Source: Aplysia californica
Lineage: Eukaryota
Direction: 5' to 3'
NCBI RefSeq assembly: GCF_000002075.1
Contig: NW_004797434.1
Span: 11,295 to 75,294, forward strand
DNA: 64,000 nt
Positions 1-12,293 of this stretch are shown here, one piece after another. The notes under the pieces are model-generated. The model made no database searches. It worked only from the letters and a program-made list of their open reading frames with translations, and was not told the DNA's origin. Position numbers and translations under genes: made by a program. How positions within the stretch are numbered: position 1 is the first letter of the stretch; every line of letters starts with the position of its first letter.

Positions 1-406
1 GCAATTTGATGTTTTGCAGGTTTGAGTTTGAGGTTTTCTTGAATTCAGTTGATTTGCAATAGTTTTAGTTTGCCATTATATGTTCTGTTCTGCAGCCAAA
101 ATACCAATGATTTAGCCCCCAAAAGCCGTGCATCTGCTTGCAAGAGAGTGAAATTAGTGAATGTAAAAATTTACTCAGTATGATAATTGATATTTAATGT
201 GTTGAAAGCCATCAAATTTTTCACTACTGTAACTCGCTGCTCACTTCCTTTTGGGATTGATTTATTTTTGACAAACAAAGCTCATAATCTTATATAAATA
301 ATTTTTCTGCACATTTTGATGAACAGAATCGGTGTGAAATGTTCTTGCAAAATTATTGAACAAATATTAATTTTGTGTTAAATTTTATATTTCTCCATTT
401 TTACAG

Positions 407-479
407 AGCATCGACTTCTTGAACAGGTTGTTGACTCAACAAAATTACTACACACCACAGCTTCTTATTGCAAAGTGAA
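407..479 (+). CDS. MRPL42: MRPL42 coding exon (transit-peptide region)
   Basis: ttttacag|...gtgaa|gtaagt; open frame HRLLEQVVDSTKLLHTTASYCKV, phase fits next exon. Confidence 0.75.
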
Positions 480-3400
480 GTAAGTATGCTTATATTATTG
501 CTATCTTAGAGAGGTTCTTTTGACCTTTACATAAAATTTCAGCCAGATTTTATTTACCTATTTGGATCAGGAAATTGTTTTTTAAAATAACTTTCCTGCA
601 AGGTTATTAATATTATGTACTTTCCGCATTGGTTCGTTCTGAGGGCACATATGTTACTAGCTCATAAGAGATTTATTAAGAAAATCAGTTTGCTGTACCC
701 AGACTGACTGAACTGAATGAAATGTAGCCACACTTTTTGGTTCTTTTGTGGATTTTTTCGTACCAGTGTGACTTTTAAAATTTTGAAACCTCTATAAAGT
801 TTCCTGCCTTGTCAAGCTTGATTATTCATCTTTGCATATATATATGATAATGTTGCAAGTGATACTGTGCAGTGACTGGAACAATTCAGACTGTCTGCCT
901 GTGTGTCTGTTTGTCTGAGATTATCAATTTTTTTTTCAGATCTCCAGATGTGTGCTTATCCCCTGACAAGAAAATGATAATGTGCTGGCATCCCGAGCCA
1001 GAATTTCCATATGAAGACAGCATGGTATGTGCATGGGGAAACTGTGCGCTGTTGTTTAAGACTAAAATAGAATTAGTTGTAAATTAAAGTGTATTATGTT
1101 GTGTGTTGCTGTCATGTCATTGTTTTTTGTTTTGTTTTGTTTTTTTAAATTTCAAAGGGATTTTCCAGACTTATTTCTAAAACTTGAACAATTTGCCTTT
1201 AAAAGAATGTTATAATGGCAATACATTATTATATATTATATTTATATTTATATAAATTTGTCTTTGGTAGAATATTTGCTTATGTATTTTATATGATTTA
1301 TTTCTGGCTTCTGACTGTGAATGGGAATTAAATAATAGTAACATTTTCTCTTTTCCTATTGCTCTGTACTTTTCGTGTTGTAGAAGTACTCTACATCTGT
1401 GAAAATATGAATTTGAATTTTATCAATGTCACAGTCAATCATTATCATAAAAGGTAATGTTTCATCTCCAATTTTCTTTTCACAACTGAAGCCTTTGCCC
1501 CGGGACAATACAGAACTGACTGAGGTAAGGGAAACAACTCATTTTCAAAACTTGATTTGTTCTTTTCCTGTATTATCATAAATAGGCCTACTTTAAAAAA
1601 AACTGTAGTAGTTGTAGTTGTTATTATTGTTATTTTTGTTCATATTATTATTATTATCATCATCATTTATTATTATTATTATTTTTGCAGCTAAGGTGGT
1701 CTATATTTTTTTTTTAAACATACACCTTTTTCGTATTTTCCTTTGAAGGTGTATGCTTGTCTGCATGCTTTTTTATTTTTTATTTTTGAAAACTAGTTTG
1801 TGAAGTGGTATTTATTTCCTTTGTCTTTTCACTAAAAGTAAACCTTTTTTTAGGACTGGGTCACATGATGGTTAGTAAGGCATTGGCATTTATTACCTAT
1901 AACTTTTTATTGTTAAGCTTTAGTAATAGATGTGCTGATTTTCAAGTGTTGAAATCTGACCTTTATATTCTGAAACAGGAATGTAAGGATTTCAGCAATA
2001 TGGGCTGTTTTTTTTATATCATATATTCTGTGACAAATATTATATATAAAAGAGTTAATATGATTTGCCTCTTTTTTGTTGATTAGGGCGAGTCTGTCCT
2101 GAAAGTGCAATATTTGGTGGAGGAGAAACTGAAGAACAGGCCGGACGGACCCACCGACAATGAGCTCACTCAGCTGTTTTACACTTCCAAAGATTATTTC
2201 AAGACAAGGTAGGACACTGCTGCCCTTTTTCCTTTTTGGTTTGTGTAAAATGTTTGCATCCTGTTGTCTGTGGAGAAACGCAAACTGAGATTGTATGGGC
2301 ACATTACAAGATCAACAAGACTTGCAAAGATGATCCTACAGGGCACTGTAAAAGGAGGGAGAGGGAAAGGCAGACAGAAAAAGAAATGGGAAGACAACAT
2401 ACATAACGAAATGGACAGGTTCAAAGTTGGGTGAAGCCCTTTGAAAGGCTGAAAATAAAGAAGGATGGAGAAAAGTGGTTGCCCAATCATCCTTGGTGCC
2501 CCAATGGTCATTTAAGACTAAGGGATAAGTAAGTCTTTCGCAGTGAAGATTGGTGATATTAAGTTAAGAAATTTGCGTGTCTTTAATGGGTATTTGGCTT
2601 CTACCCATCATTTGGGTCCCACAGGTTTTGACTCTTTGATGCTGTCTCCTGTAGCTTATTAGTGAACTCAGGCTCATCATGCATGATGCCAAATAATAAG
2701 GATGACTCAGCATTTAAGCAGGTGGTCACTGGAGTGTGTCCTAAAGCTAGATGTGATAACCTCAAGCTGAAAAACAGGGTGCTGCACAGTGTCAACCAGC
2801 AACAGTGTTTCCGTAAAACTGTCTGTATTTGTGTGTTATTGTGTTTTGTGTGACACTGATGTAACCTCAATACTCTTAATTATTTTATGTTTGCATAATT
2901 AAATACTTACCATAGTGACCTAGATTTCCCCATAATGATCAGTAAAAATGGTATTACATTTTATTTGCTAATTTTATCCTGTATTTTTCAGACCATTTTA
3001 ATAAATGACAAAACTAGGAACTCTCTTAACCCTATCCATACGCCCTCGAGTCATTTTGTACCCCTGGGGTTGTATTCTTTACATTTTAGAATACTTCTAG
3101 TACGAAGATTTTAGTATTTCTCAAATATCATTTTGACAGACTGCTATGCAAAGCATACGGATCGGATTAATGAGTTAATTTCCTCTTTGAAAGTGGTGGC
3201 AAAGAGTTCCCCTGGTCGTATGGATGCGATAGTAAAATACGACGTACGGATAGGGTTAATAAATAACAAATTCAAAACTAGGAACTCTCTTAACCCAGAA
3301 GGCTGCTTTTTATGGTGTATTTTTAGATATTCTGTAAGGCCAATGGGTTTAGGACTAACCATGTTTGAGTAGTCTAAGATAGGGACTTATTGGGATGTCA

Positions 3401-4131
3401 AGATTCAGGGTTCAAAGGTTTAAGAATACTGGAACCCTTTTGAATTAAAAAAATAAAGTTTTACTCATATACTCCAGATTCCATAATACTATGTTCATCA
3501 ATTTTGACTAAGAAGACACCCCCGAAATTCTGATTCCAATTCCTTTCATAACTTTTAGATAGAATTTTCAATTTCTTCCTTCTCCTTCTGATGCGATCTA
3601 TAGAAGCAAAAGCATTTGTTTAATAATATAATATGTTTACTAATATTGCTGGGTAGATTTTGTTAACTATTAGTATTATGTTCTGTGCTTCACTATGACT
3701 TGTAAATTCATAACTTAAGTGGCTGATGGAAATTCTAGATTATAAGTAATGGCATTTGGGACGGTTTTTTTCTAATAATATTATGTGAATTCACGTTTTA
3801 TTTAATTGAGTTCAGTTGCATCATGTCTTTTCTGGTTTGTTGATGACTTGCTTCGCTTTGTTTAAAAGCTTTGACTTGTCTACATATATAAAAATATAAA
3901 GACCCTAACTTGTGAGTTTTTGCTGCATAGTTGCCCCTAATCAAGGACAGTATTTCAGTTTGAAATAGTATTACCCATTTTACTCTGTGCATGGATTTGG
4001 AATGAATATAGGGCTATAGACTGAAGCTTTAGAAATTTAAGCTTTTTTCTCTTTACTTTTGTTTCAGGCACAGGACAGAGAAAAGAGTGAAGATGAGGAA
4101 ATTTCACCCCAAAGACAGAGACGGATTATAG
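407..4131 (+). CDS. MRPL42: Mitochondrial ribosomal protein L42 (mL42), 5'-partial; exons 407-479, 940-1024, 1492-1524, 2087-2208, 4068-4131
   Basis: Five AG/GT-bounded exons join in phase to ...HRLLEQVVDSTKLLHTTASYCKVKSPDVCLSPDKKMIMCWHPEPEFPYEDSMPLPRDNTELTEGESVLKVQYLVEEKLKNRPDGPTDNELTQLFYTSKDYFKTRHRTEKRVKMRKFHPKDRDGL*. The IxCWHPxxxxPYE and ELxxxFYT motifs are typical of mL42. Start exon lies upstream of the window. Confidence 0.9.
940..1024 (+). CDS. MRPL42: MRPL42 coding exon
   Basis: ttttttcag|...atg|gtatgt; SPDVCLSPDKKMIMCWHPEPEFPYEDSM. Confidence 0.92.
1492..1524 (+). CDS. MRPL42: MRPL42 33-nt coding exon
   Basis: gaag|cctttg...gag|gtaagg; PLPRDNTELTE, phase 0-0. Confidence 0.8.
2087..2208 (+). 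CDS. MRPL42: MRPL42 coding exon
   Basis: gattag|ggc...ag|gtagga; GESVLKVQ...GPTDNELTQLFYTSKDYFKT. Confidence 0.9.
2268..2533 (+). mobile_element. RTE-clade LINE 3' fragment
   Basis: Translates as VEKRKLRLYGHITRSTRLAKMILQGTVKGGRGKGRQKKKWEDNI, the typical RTE C-terminus; then degenerate, ending in a taagtaagt tail. Confidence 0.85.
3030..3255. mobile_element. piggyBac-like MITE
   Basis: TTAA|ccctatccatacg ... cgtacggataggg|TTAA: 13-bp TIR (1 mismatch), CCC/GGG ends, TTAA flanks. Confidence 0.85.
4068..4131 (+). CDS. MRPL42: MRPL42 last coding exon
   Basis: gtttcag|g; HRTEKRVKMRKFHPKDRDGL then TAG at 4129-4131. Confidence 0.88.
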
Positions 4132-4562
4132 CATTGTTAAGTGATTATTAAAGAAATTTATACAAACTACTTTTTGAAGTTTAGTTTGTAAACTGACTGA
4201 TTTGTTTTAAATGTTGCCAGAATTTTGTTTTATTTATAAAACATTTGGGCCTGTGCAATGCCTTTGTCAGGGGATAGAGTCACTTCCATGGTAGAATGCT
4301 TGGTGCGTTGCTTGGACGTTAAGCTAAAAGGAAGTCTTCCAGGCAAGAGAAAAAATGTGTGGCGTGTTAAAACAGGCACTCGTCAAAATAGTGAAATATA
4401 AGAAACCAACATTTTCGGGTCGTTGGGCAAATCTTACACTGCTGACATACATAGCAATACCAGATTTGTGTCTCTTAGCTACTGCAGACTCCTTATACTT
4501 TACTGAAGTGCGCAGGCTAGATATTAGATCTACCATTGAACACTTCTTTGACATACAATTAA

Positions 4563-4893
4563 TGGTCGCTTTAAACACTTTGCCTTTGTAATTCATATTT
4601 TGGGGAAAATCCAAAGAACCTGGGTGGTAAACATCGCCAATTGGCGAGATGAGGCAGCAAAGTGTTAAGGCTATCCCGAAAAATGCTGTTTTGAGAAAAT
4701 CGAAGGTAACGTTTTTGCCCCTTGTTCAGTTACTTTAAAAGACGAGGAGAGTTTTCTCTATAACCAAACAAATATACACACCAATGAAACCAAACTTCTC
4801 CTATAGGTACGACAATGCCCACTTTTGGTGTAGGTCTAGATTTCTGGAAACCCCTGAAATCTGGGTTAGTCCGCTTGTCCTTAAAAGCGACCA
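4563..4893. mobile_element. Non-autonomous TIR element (MITE), superfamily unclear
   Basis: tggtcgctttaa ... ttaaaagcgacca inverted ends; interrupts the 142-bp unit at caat(t)aa|aatatgtcc. Confidence 0.7.
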
Positions 4894-5046
4894 AATATGT
4901 CCATGGCCTACACTGTTAACATACACAGGAATACCAGATTTGTGCCTCCTCGCTACTGTAGACTCCCCATGAGGTGCACAGGCTAGACACTAGATCTAGA
5001 TTTACCATTGAACACTCCTGTGACACACAATAAATATGTCCATGGC

Positions 5047-5555
5047 TTTTGTTTCGTTAAGTGTTTTATGGCGCTTGCAACTGCATAAGGTCGTATGAGC
5101 ACACTGGATACATTAAACTATTTCAGTTTGGTAGGAATTAATTTTTAATTTTACCTAAGTGGCGGCTGAAGCCTACTCTGATTAATTTTGGACCAGCAAG
5201 GGATCTTTAACATGCCCCACTTGCACACGAGACCTCCATTTTTCTCCCTTATTCGAGAAGGATAGGTGTTAGATTTTACCTACCCTAAGATCAGGGGGGT
5301 GGCTGAAAGACAGCGTTAAGAAGGAGCCAAGGACTAGCAGTAGGAGGCTGCAGAAAGAGTCGGGCTCTCAGAGAAGGCAAAGAGGGGAGAGGGGTGGGGG
5401 CAGAAGTGGAGACAAAGCAGATGCCAGAGAGAGCAGAAAAAGAGCTGAAGGAGAAAATTTTAGAAAACAACAATTTTCCGTCACTGTCAGCTTTCGAACC
5501 GGGGACCTGTTGGATAAGAAGCGAACATCGTAACCTCTAGACCACGAGAGCCCCC
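5047..5555 (-). mobile_element. tRNA-derived SINE (long family)
   Basis: Reverse copy of the 20963-21494 element; head gggggctctcgtggtctagagg...ggttcgaaag; TSD tccatggc at 5039-5046 and 5557-5564. Confidence 0.9.
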
Positions 5556-5715
5556 ATCCATGGCCTACACTATTGAGACACATACACAACAATACCAGAT
5601 TTGTGCCTCCTCGTGACTGCAGACCGCATACTTAACTGAAGTGCGCAGGTTAGACACTACACCTACCAATGAACACTTTTGTGACATACAGTAAATAAGT
5701 CCATGGCCTATACTA

Positions 5716-6468
5716 CAGAAGAACACGGCTACAGCGGGACATTTGGTTCCAGAAGAAAAATCTCGCTGTAGGCGAGTTCCCGCTATAGGAATGCAAAGGG
5801 GAAATTGCCGAAAAATTTCTAAAAATCCACATGATTAACTCCTTTCCATATCAATAAAATTTGCACTTAAGATTAGTCTTCCTTTTCTTGTCAACTTCGC
5901 TGGTTAACGTAGCCTTTTATTCGAATGAGAATCATTTCCTTTTGTCTTCGTTGGAAGCCATCTTTTCCTCGGTCCCGTTGCTTGTGCTGTCTATTGTACT
6001 GGTGGTAGGCCTACTGTAGAACTGGAGAAGTGGATGCGTGCGTATGCCTGAGCATCAACCATCAAAGTTCTCCATGAATCCGGAATCACACACTACACGC
6101 TCTCCTCTTCTTTTACTGTTTGGCCTGGCCTAGCTCTATGGCCTATACGCTCTCATACAAAGCGTTTAAGCTACGACACATCACTTTTGGAGTGGCTCAC
6201 GTAACGCGTCTCTTTGCAACCTGCCCCACCTCACTCATAACTGGACTGGCCAATCAACACTGCACCTCTGACTACCAGTTTGGAGCCTGTCTACAGCCCC
6301 CCAGCCAGAGCTCGCTCGATCTCTTCCATCTTTCGGGCCTTTCCTTGCCCCACTAAACCCGAGCACAGATAATTGAGTTTACATAGAGAAAAAAAGGGGG
6401 ATTCCGGTAAGGTCCCGCTGTAGGGATGGTCTCGCTGTAGCGCGAGCCGCTATAGTCGTGTTCTACTG
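5716..6468. mobile_element. Tc1/mariner (pogo/Tigger-like) MITE
   Basis: TA|cagaagaacacggctacagcgg ... ccgctatagtcgtgttctactg|TA; TIR of about 22 bp with TA TSD. Confidence 0.85.
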
Positions 6469-7740
6469 TAATGACATACACAGCAATACCAGATTTGTGC
6501 CTCCTCGTTATTGCAGACTCCCCATGAGGTGCACAGGCTAGAACTAGATCTAGATTTACCATTGAACACTTCTGTGACATATGATAAATATGTCCATGGC
6601 CTACACTACTGACATGCATGCACAGCAATACCAGATTTGTGCCTCCTCGTTATTGCAGACTCCCCATGAGGTGCACAGGCTAGAACTAGATCTAGATTTA
6701 CCATTGAACACTTCTGTGACATATGATAAATATGTCCATGGCCTACACTACTGACATGCATGCACAGCAATACCAGATCTGTGCCTCCTCGCTATTGCAG
6801 GCTCCCTATCCATAACTGAACTGAAGTGCACAGGTGAGATACTAGATCTACCACTGAACACTTCCGTGACATGACGATTAGTATGTCCATAGCCTACTCG
6901 ATGGACCTCGGACTCGCAGATAGGTCATTGACTTATCCTCTATCATGTCTGATCTTCCCTTGAGAGCATTGTTCAGTGGGCAGTTTTATGTCCAAAGACA
7001 GTATTCTGTTCATAAAGATACTGCACACAGAGTCAGATGTTAAGTACAAAAATACAGAAGAAAAAGAACAAGTCAAAGAGCAGATATTCGTTTACCTTTT
7101 TATAAATTTATTTGTTACACTTCGCCAGAGAGCGAAAAATTCACACAAACTTTTATAGCCATTACTTTCTCTAGCAGAACATTAACAAGTGTATTTTAAA
7201 AAATGCAGTATATTCACAAGTATGATTTTAATATCTGTGGACAAAATAAGTCACATTAGTTTTTGAACTACAACATAGCATGGCAGTTTTTATACACAAC
7301 AATGGCCCCTCTCATACGTTCCAGGGACAAAGCAAAATACAACGCAGAGCAATTTTATGACCATGGTAAACCCCAGTGTGGGTTCCTGAATAACCCAAGA
7401 TGGCAAAAAAATCAAACTGCAGTCTTCCATGACTATACTTGAGCATTAAAAAGGGGGTGTGCTTAGACTGAAGTTGAGATTTCTTCTCGCAATTTGTCCT
7501 AAAGTTAAATTGGATCTCAATTCTAATCGTGTCGCAGCTACTACCGTCTTCTCTTTGTTTTCAGGCAATATGGACACAATCTCGGAAGTGGATTTTGAAT
7601 GTAGGTTTTTTTTACGCCACCATCGACACAATTTAGATCATTTAGGAAGCGGGTTTCTGGCCCTGCCTGTGACAGCCAACCCAGGCTGAGAGGGATACAA
7701 CATCCCGGCAGTAATACCGAGATACTCGATAACAATTTTC

Positions 7741-7816
7741 TCCTCACTCGGGGAATCGAACTTAGGTCTCCTGCATGCAACAACGAAGCACCTAACAGCT
7801 CTACACCACAGACGCC
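7741..7816 (-). repeat. Degenerate tRNA-like element (SINE head or pseudogene)
   Basis: ggcgtctgtggtgtag...gcaggagacctaagttcgattccccgagtgaggag: A-box and B-box, 3' half resembles tRNA-Asp; related copy at 21805-21881. Confidence 0.55.
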
Positions 7817-10800
7817 AGTTCCAAACTCGGAGAGGAGCCAGAAAGTAGACAAAGAGACAAAAGCCACACTGAAAGAGGCTGGAGCACACCACACCAGAGC
7901 ATCCATTGACATGACCTACACAGGAAGAGAGAGGAAAAAAAAGGGCAATCTGCTAAACATTCAACATCCCAAACCCATCTGCCACTTTACCACTTCTACT
8001 ACTAAAAAAGAAATTGGTATCGTATCTTAAAACTGATCTATCTTCATGAATTCTTCATAGGGACTGAGGAGGGATAGACAATCAGTTCCACTTGAACCAC
8101 ATTTACAAGCAATGTTCTGTTGCCAAGCACATGCATACAGAAGGGGAAAAAAACATTTCAGACACGACCATTGCATTATTTTCATCATCAAGGATAAATG
8201 ATCAGACCAAGGTGAAGTATGGTCCCAAGGCAAAGATGTTTTTGTTAATACACAGGGGAAACAATGGATACAATTGCACAAAGTAAATTTGATGAACGCA
8301 TGTGAAGAATCTCTGATGCAAGATTACTCCTGGTATCATGTCGGAACGTAGCTGTAGCCCCCACCAAACCATGAGATGTGCGTACTTTAGCGAGTCGGGA
8401 TAGAATGGACTTACTTGAATTCACTTTCACATTTCTTTTTGCATGAGCAAAACTCAATGCAACTCTTTGCACCTACCAAATAACATTTTAACCATAAACC
8501 AACTCCAAAGAGGAAAAAACTTTGCAAAAAGTCTGCTTTTGAGGCCTCATTACTGTCAGCCATATTCAGAGAATATTCACTTCTCATGAAGTAAAAAAAC
8601 CCAACAAACCAACCAAGCAGATTCCCCACAAGAGCAAGAATTTAGAATTAAGGTTACTTAAATATAGCCCCCCCCCCCCCAATAATACTTGGCAACATAT
8701 TCCATTCTGGTGACTACCCAACTGAAACCCCATAATAGGTGATCAATTAATTATTCTTTTGAGAAAAAAAAATATTCCAGTACTAAATCAGTAATAGTGT
8801 AGGGAACGCAATATGTAGAAGTAGACCAGCTTAGAAAAGAAGGAGAAGCCTTATCAATTTGGCAGTATATTTTTACCAGCTTTCACTATGATTGAAAAGA
8901 CTAGTCCAACAAAGGAGAAATTTAGCTACTACATTTCATTGCTGTTTCTGAGATCAGAGCCTGAATTTTCCCACAAAAAGCAGGGTGTTTTTTTTTCCCA
9001 GTATGAGAAAATAGCTGTACATAACATGTCAGGTTTTTTTTTACACAAATGCCACATTGAAAAAAGTGAACTTTCATATTTACACTTGATTCTACATGAT
9101 GATGAATAAAACATAAGCAATGTTACAAATGCCTCGATAAGAGAATGGGAAGGAAAATAGCACTGTACAGTTTGTACAAAACCCATCTAACCTATCTCGA
9201 TCGTTCCCTGCAGGGAAAAACAAACCTAGTTGTTCCGCTTCAGAACTTCTGCTGTCTGTCTGTGCATGATACGAAAGAAAATGTGGAGTGTTCAGGTCTA
9301 CTTTTCTTCTGCCTTTTTTCATCAAAAGGTCAAAAGCAAAATTCTTTTACAGATGCCAGCGGCAGTGCAAACCACTGTTTCACATTGAACTGAAACAAAC
9401 AGGTAACTAACAAGTAAAAAAAAAAACACGAAAACCCCCCGAACTAAGTCAATCTATGCTTAACACACAGTAAGAATCAAATGTACAACAACAGTTAAGG
9501 GGTAGGTAAGTACATTACACAAAGAAAGTGAAACAAAACCACCCCCCCCAAAGCCAAAGATGTTTCTGAGACTGAAACAGATCTAAAAAAAGATGCTCAA
9601 AACAGACTTTCTAAAATCATAAAACACAGGAAGTGATATTTCCCAAAAACTCAAACAAAGTCGTGACCCAACAGTTTAAAAACAACAAAATACCCCCCAA
9701 ATCTAAAAACTATATCTAGTAATAGGAAACTGAAAGTCCAACACGTCAATTATCCCCCGAAAAAGTTTAACTAGTTCACAACTTTTTCAAACAACCTAAA
9801 CACATTTTGGTTTTACTCTTAACCTAAGATCGAAATAACAACATAAATGATATATAACGTTCAATAAATGTAAATAATAAACAACAAAGACTGATGACAA
9901 GCCACAACAACTCATGTGCCTAACAAAAGAAAAACCAACAAGATTATACCGATAAACACACAGAAAACTATATGGATACAACAAAACAAAACCTCATTAA
10001 AATGTGACTTCTGCCTGTTGCAGAAATATGGCAGTGAAGAAATACTAACATCATCGTCTCATTAGGGAGGGAGGGAGGGAACAAGAGTACAGCAAGACAT
10101 GAAGTTGATGGGGGGGGGGGGGGGGGGGGTGAACGCATGAATATATTCAACATAACTCATGAACAAGACTTTTCTTGTTCTTGGACGACACAGTAAGCTC
10201 AAAGCTGTAGTTTGAAGCTTACCACTGTGCCATCTCTTTCCTCTCTAAGCCAAAGCTGACAACTTGCAACAGTAGTATGAGAGAAGGACAAGAGACAGTT
10301 CACTGGAATGATTTTGCCTGCTGCCATGGGAGGGGGAGGGGAGGAAGGAGAGGGACAGAATGTGTGACATGACACAGTGGGCACAAGGTACATGGGCACG
10401 ATCAAAGCTCAACTGCATCGAAAGCATCATGGCTCTTCTTCATCAAACAGTTTTAATAATATATATACTCTTTATCATATTTACTTTGTCAAATAAAATA
10501 AAGATATTGACCACCTGTTCTTTCTATAGAGCTTTAGATTAAAAAAAAAATTGCAACAACAAAAAATCACAATGGTGTGAAAGGTATTAAAACAAGCAAC
10601 AGTATACACTGCTCTACTCTGAAAAATATTCTCCCTCCCAGACAACAATAACAAGAAACACCTAGCATCTAGGGGTGAAATAGAAAGGAGCATTTACCCT
10701 CAATTAACAAAACAAATCTTAACAAATAGAGGTTGTTCTCATATTCCTTCTTTTTCTTTCACTTTCATTAATGACACCATTCTTACTTTTCTCTGTGTGT

Positions 10801-11921
10801 GCACTCAGCAGCACTTCAGAGGCCATATTGGCTAACCGAACAGGGAATTGCAAGGGTTCTCTTGTGAGTGCAACACATCATAATGGTGCACCAGTCTTTG
10901 ACTTTTTAAGTGAATGGTCAAAGCCAGCAATTAAACATTGCATCAAAATAAGTCAAGATAAAACATTTGCTCTTGTTGTTCAAAGGTTGCCTCGTATACT
11001 CCGCTTACTTCTCAGCATGAGCCATTGCTTGTCTTTAACGTTTTCAATCACATCATGAAAAAAAGGTATCTTCTAAAACAAAAGCTGTGCTTTTAATGAG
11101 GAATTTGAAAAGGGATGCTAAGGAAAAATTTCTTTTTTTTTAAACATAAAAAATAAAAACACACAGAACTTGCAACATGTTACGTTAAAGGTGGATATCC
11201 CCACAAAACTATCCATCTAAAATGCTCTATTGTTTGTTGAATCTTGCTTTCATCACCATCAAAGGTTCACTGAATACATACAGTTCCACTTCACCATCAA
11301 TGAAAGCTGTTCATGCTACACTATTTGTTGACTGAAAAAAACCTTTATCAGAATGCAAGATCATAATACAGAAGACAGAATCACAGTCAAAGCAAGGAAC
11401 TACAAATCATCAGGTAAAGAAGGAAATAAAGAGTGTACAACATTAGTGGTGCTGGGATAGTCTTAAGGCTAGCTAAATAATCATAATCAAACAGGCAATA
11501 TCTAAACTAACAAAATTAGACAACAAAATAGGGTAATGAACCAACAGTATATAAGTGCAAGGGAAATCAAACTAGGGGTACCAACAGCACACTGAGTCCA
11601 TGAATAGAAGTGGCTTACACATCGAGAATGTCGAGAAATAGCAACAAAACGGACTAAAAATAGGGCTCGACACAATTTTAAAAAGCTGCTCTAACAGGTC
11701 AAGAACAAACAGTGTGGAAAGTCAAAGTACACTAGAAAAGTGAAAGGAAGACCAAAAAAAAAAGCACAAAAAATAATACGCTACGGATTAAAGAATTGAT
11801 TTTGAAGAACACACTTCATGAAATTTAAGCAGACTCATTCACCAGGGAGCACACACAAAATCAACCTTTTGGGAGCACAGATTCAGGGACAAGAGGGTAC
11901 TTGAACGTGACAGACCTACAG

Positions 11922-12293
11922 CACAGGTGTCAAACTGAAGGCCTGAGGGCAGTATCCAGCCTGTTAAACTGTTACATACGGCCTGCAAGAGAATTTTAGG
12001 TAGCCTACCCTGAGAATCTTCGCGACACAGAATTTAATTCCAAACATAAAGCAACGTGTTGCTCCCCCCCCCCCCCCCCCCTAAAAAGATGCCAAACATC
12101 CCTGACTAATTGACATAACAGCTAAAATTGAAATGCCCTGACTTTATTATTCTAACTTTAGTCTGAATTAATATCATTAATATCAAAGGTTTTGTTTTCC
12201 CACTGCTCAACGAGTGCTGTCAAAATTTGACCCTCAAACTTTTAAAGTGTAATTTGAGTTGGGTCCCCTGAGCGACTGAGTCTGACAGGCCTG
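11922..12293. mobile_element. hAT (Charlie-like) MITE
   Basis: cacaggtgtcaaactg ... gagtctgacaggcctg ends, subterminal ggcc motifs, degenerate 8-bp TSD acctacag/acctaaat. Confidence 0.65.

Larger units (their letters stand above)
4435..6897. repeat. ~142-bp tandem repeat, 6 units, interrupted by three transposon insertions
   Basis: Unit ggcctacact...aataccagatttgtgcctcctcg...ccattgaacact...atatgtccat recurs at about 4435, 4894, 5557, 6471, 6600 and 6742; period exactly 142 between 6481, 6623 and 6765. Confidence 0.92.

Noticed and set aside
4435-6897. CRISPR array, or HDV-like ribozyme (gcctcctcgc) in the 142-bp repeat
   Set aside because: Eukaryotic context, units far too long, inserts are transposons and there are no cas genes; the GGC needed to close HDV P3 is missing.
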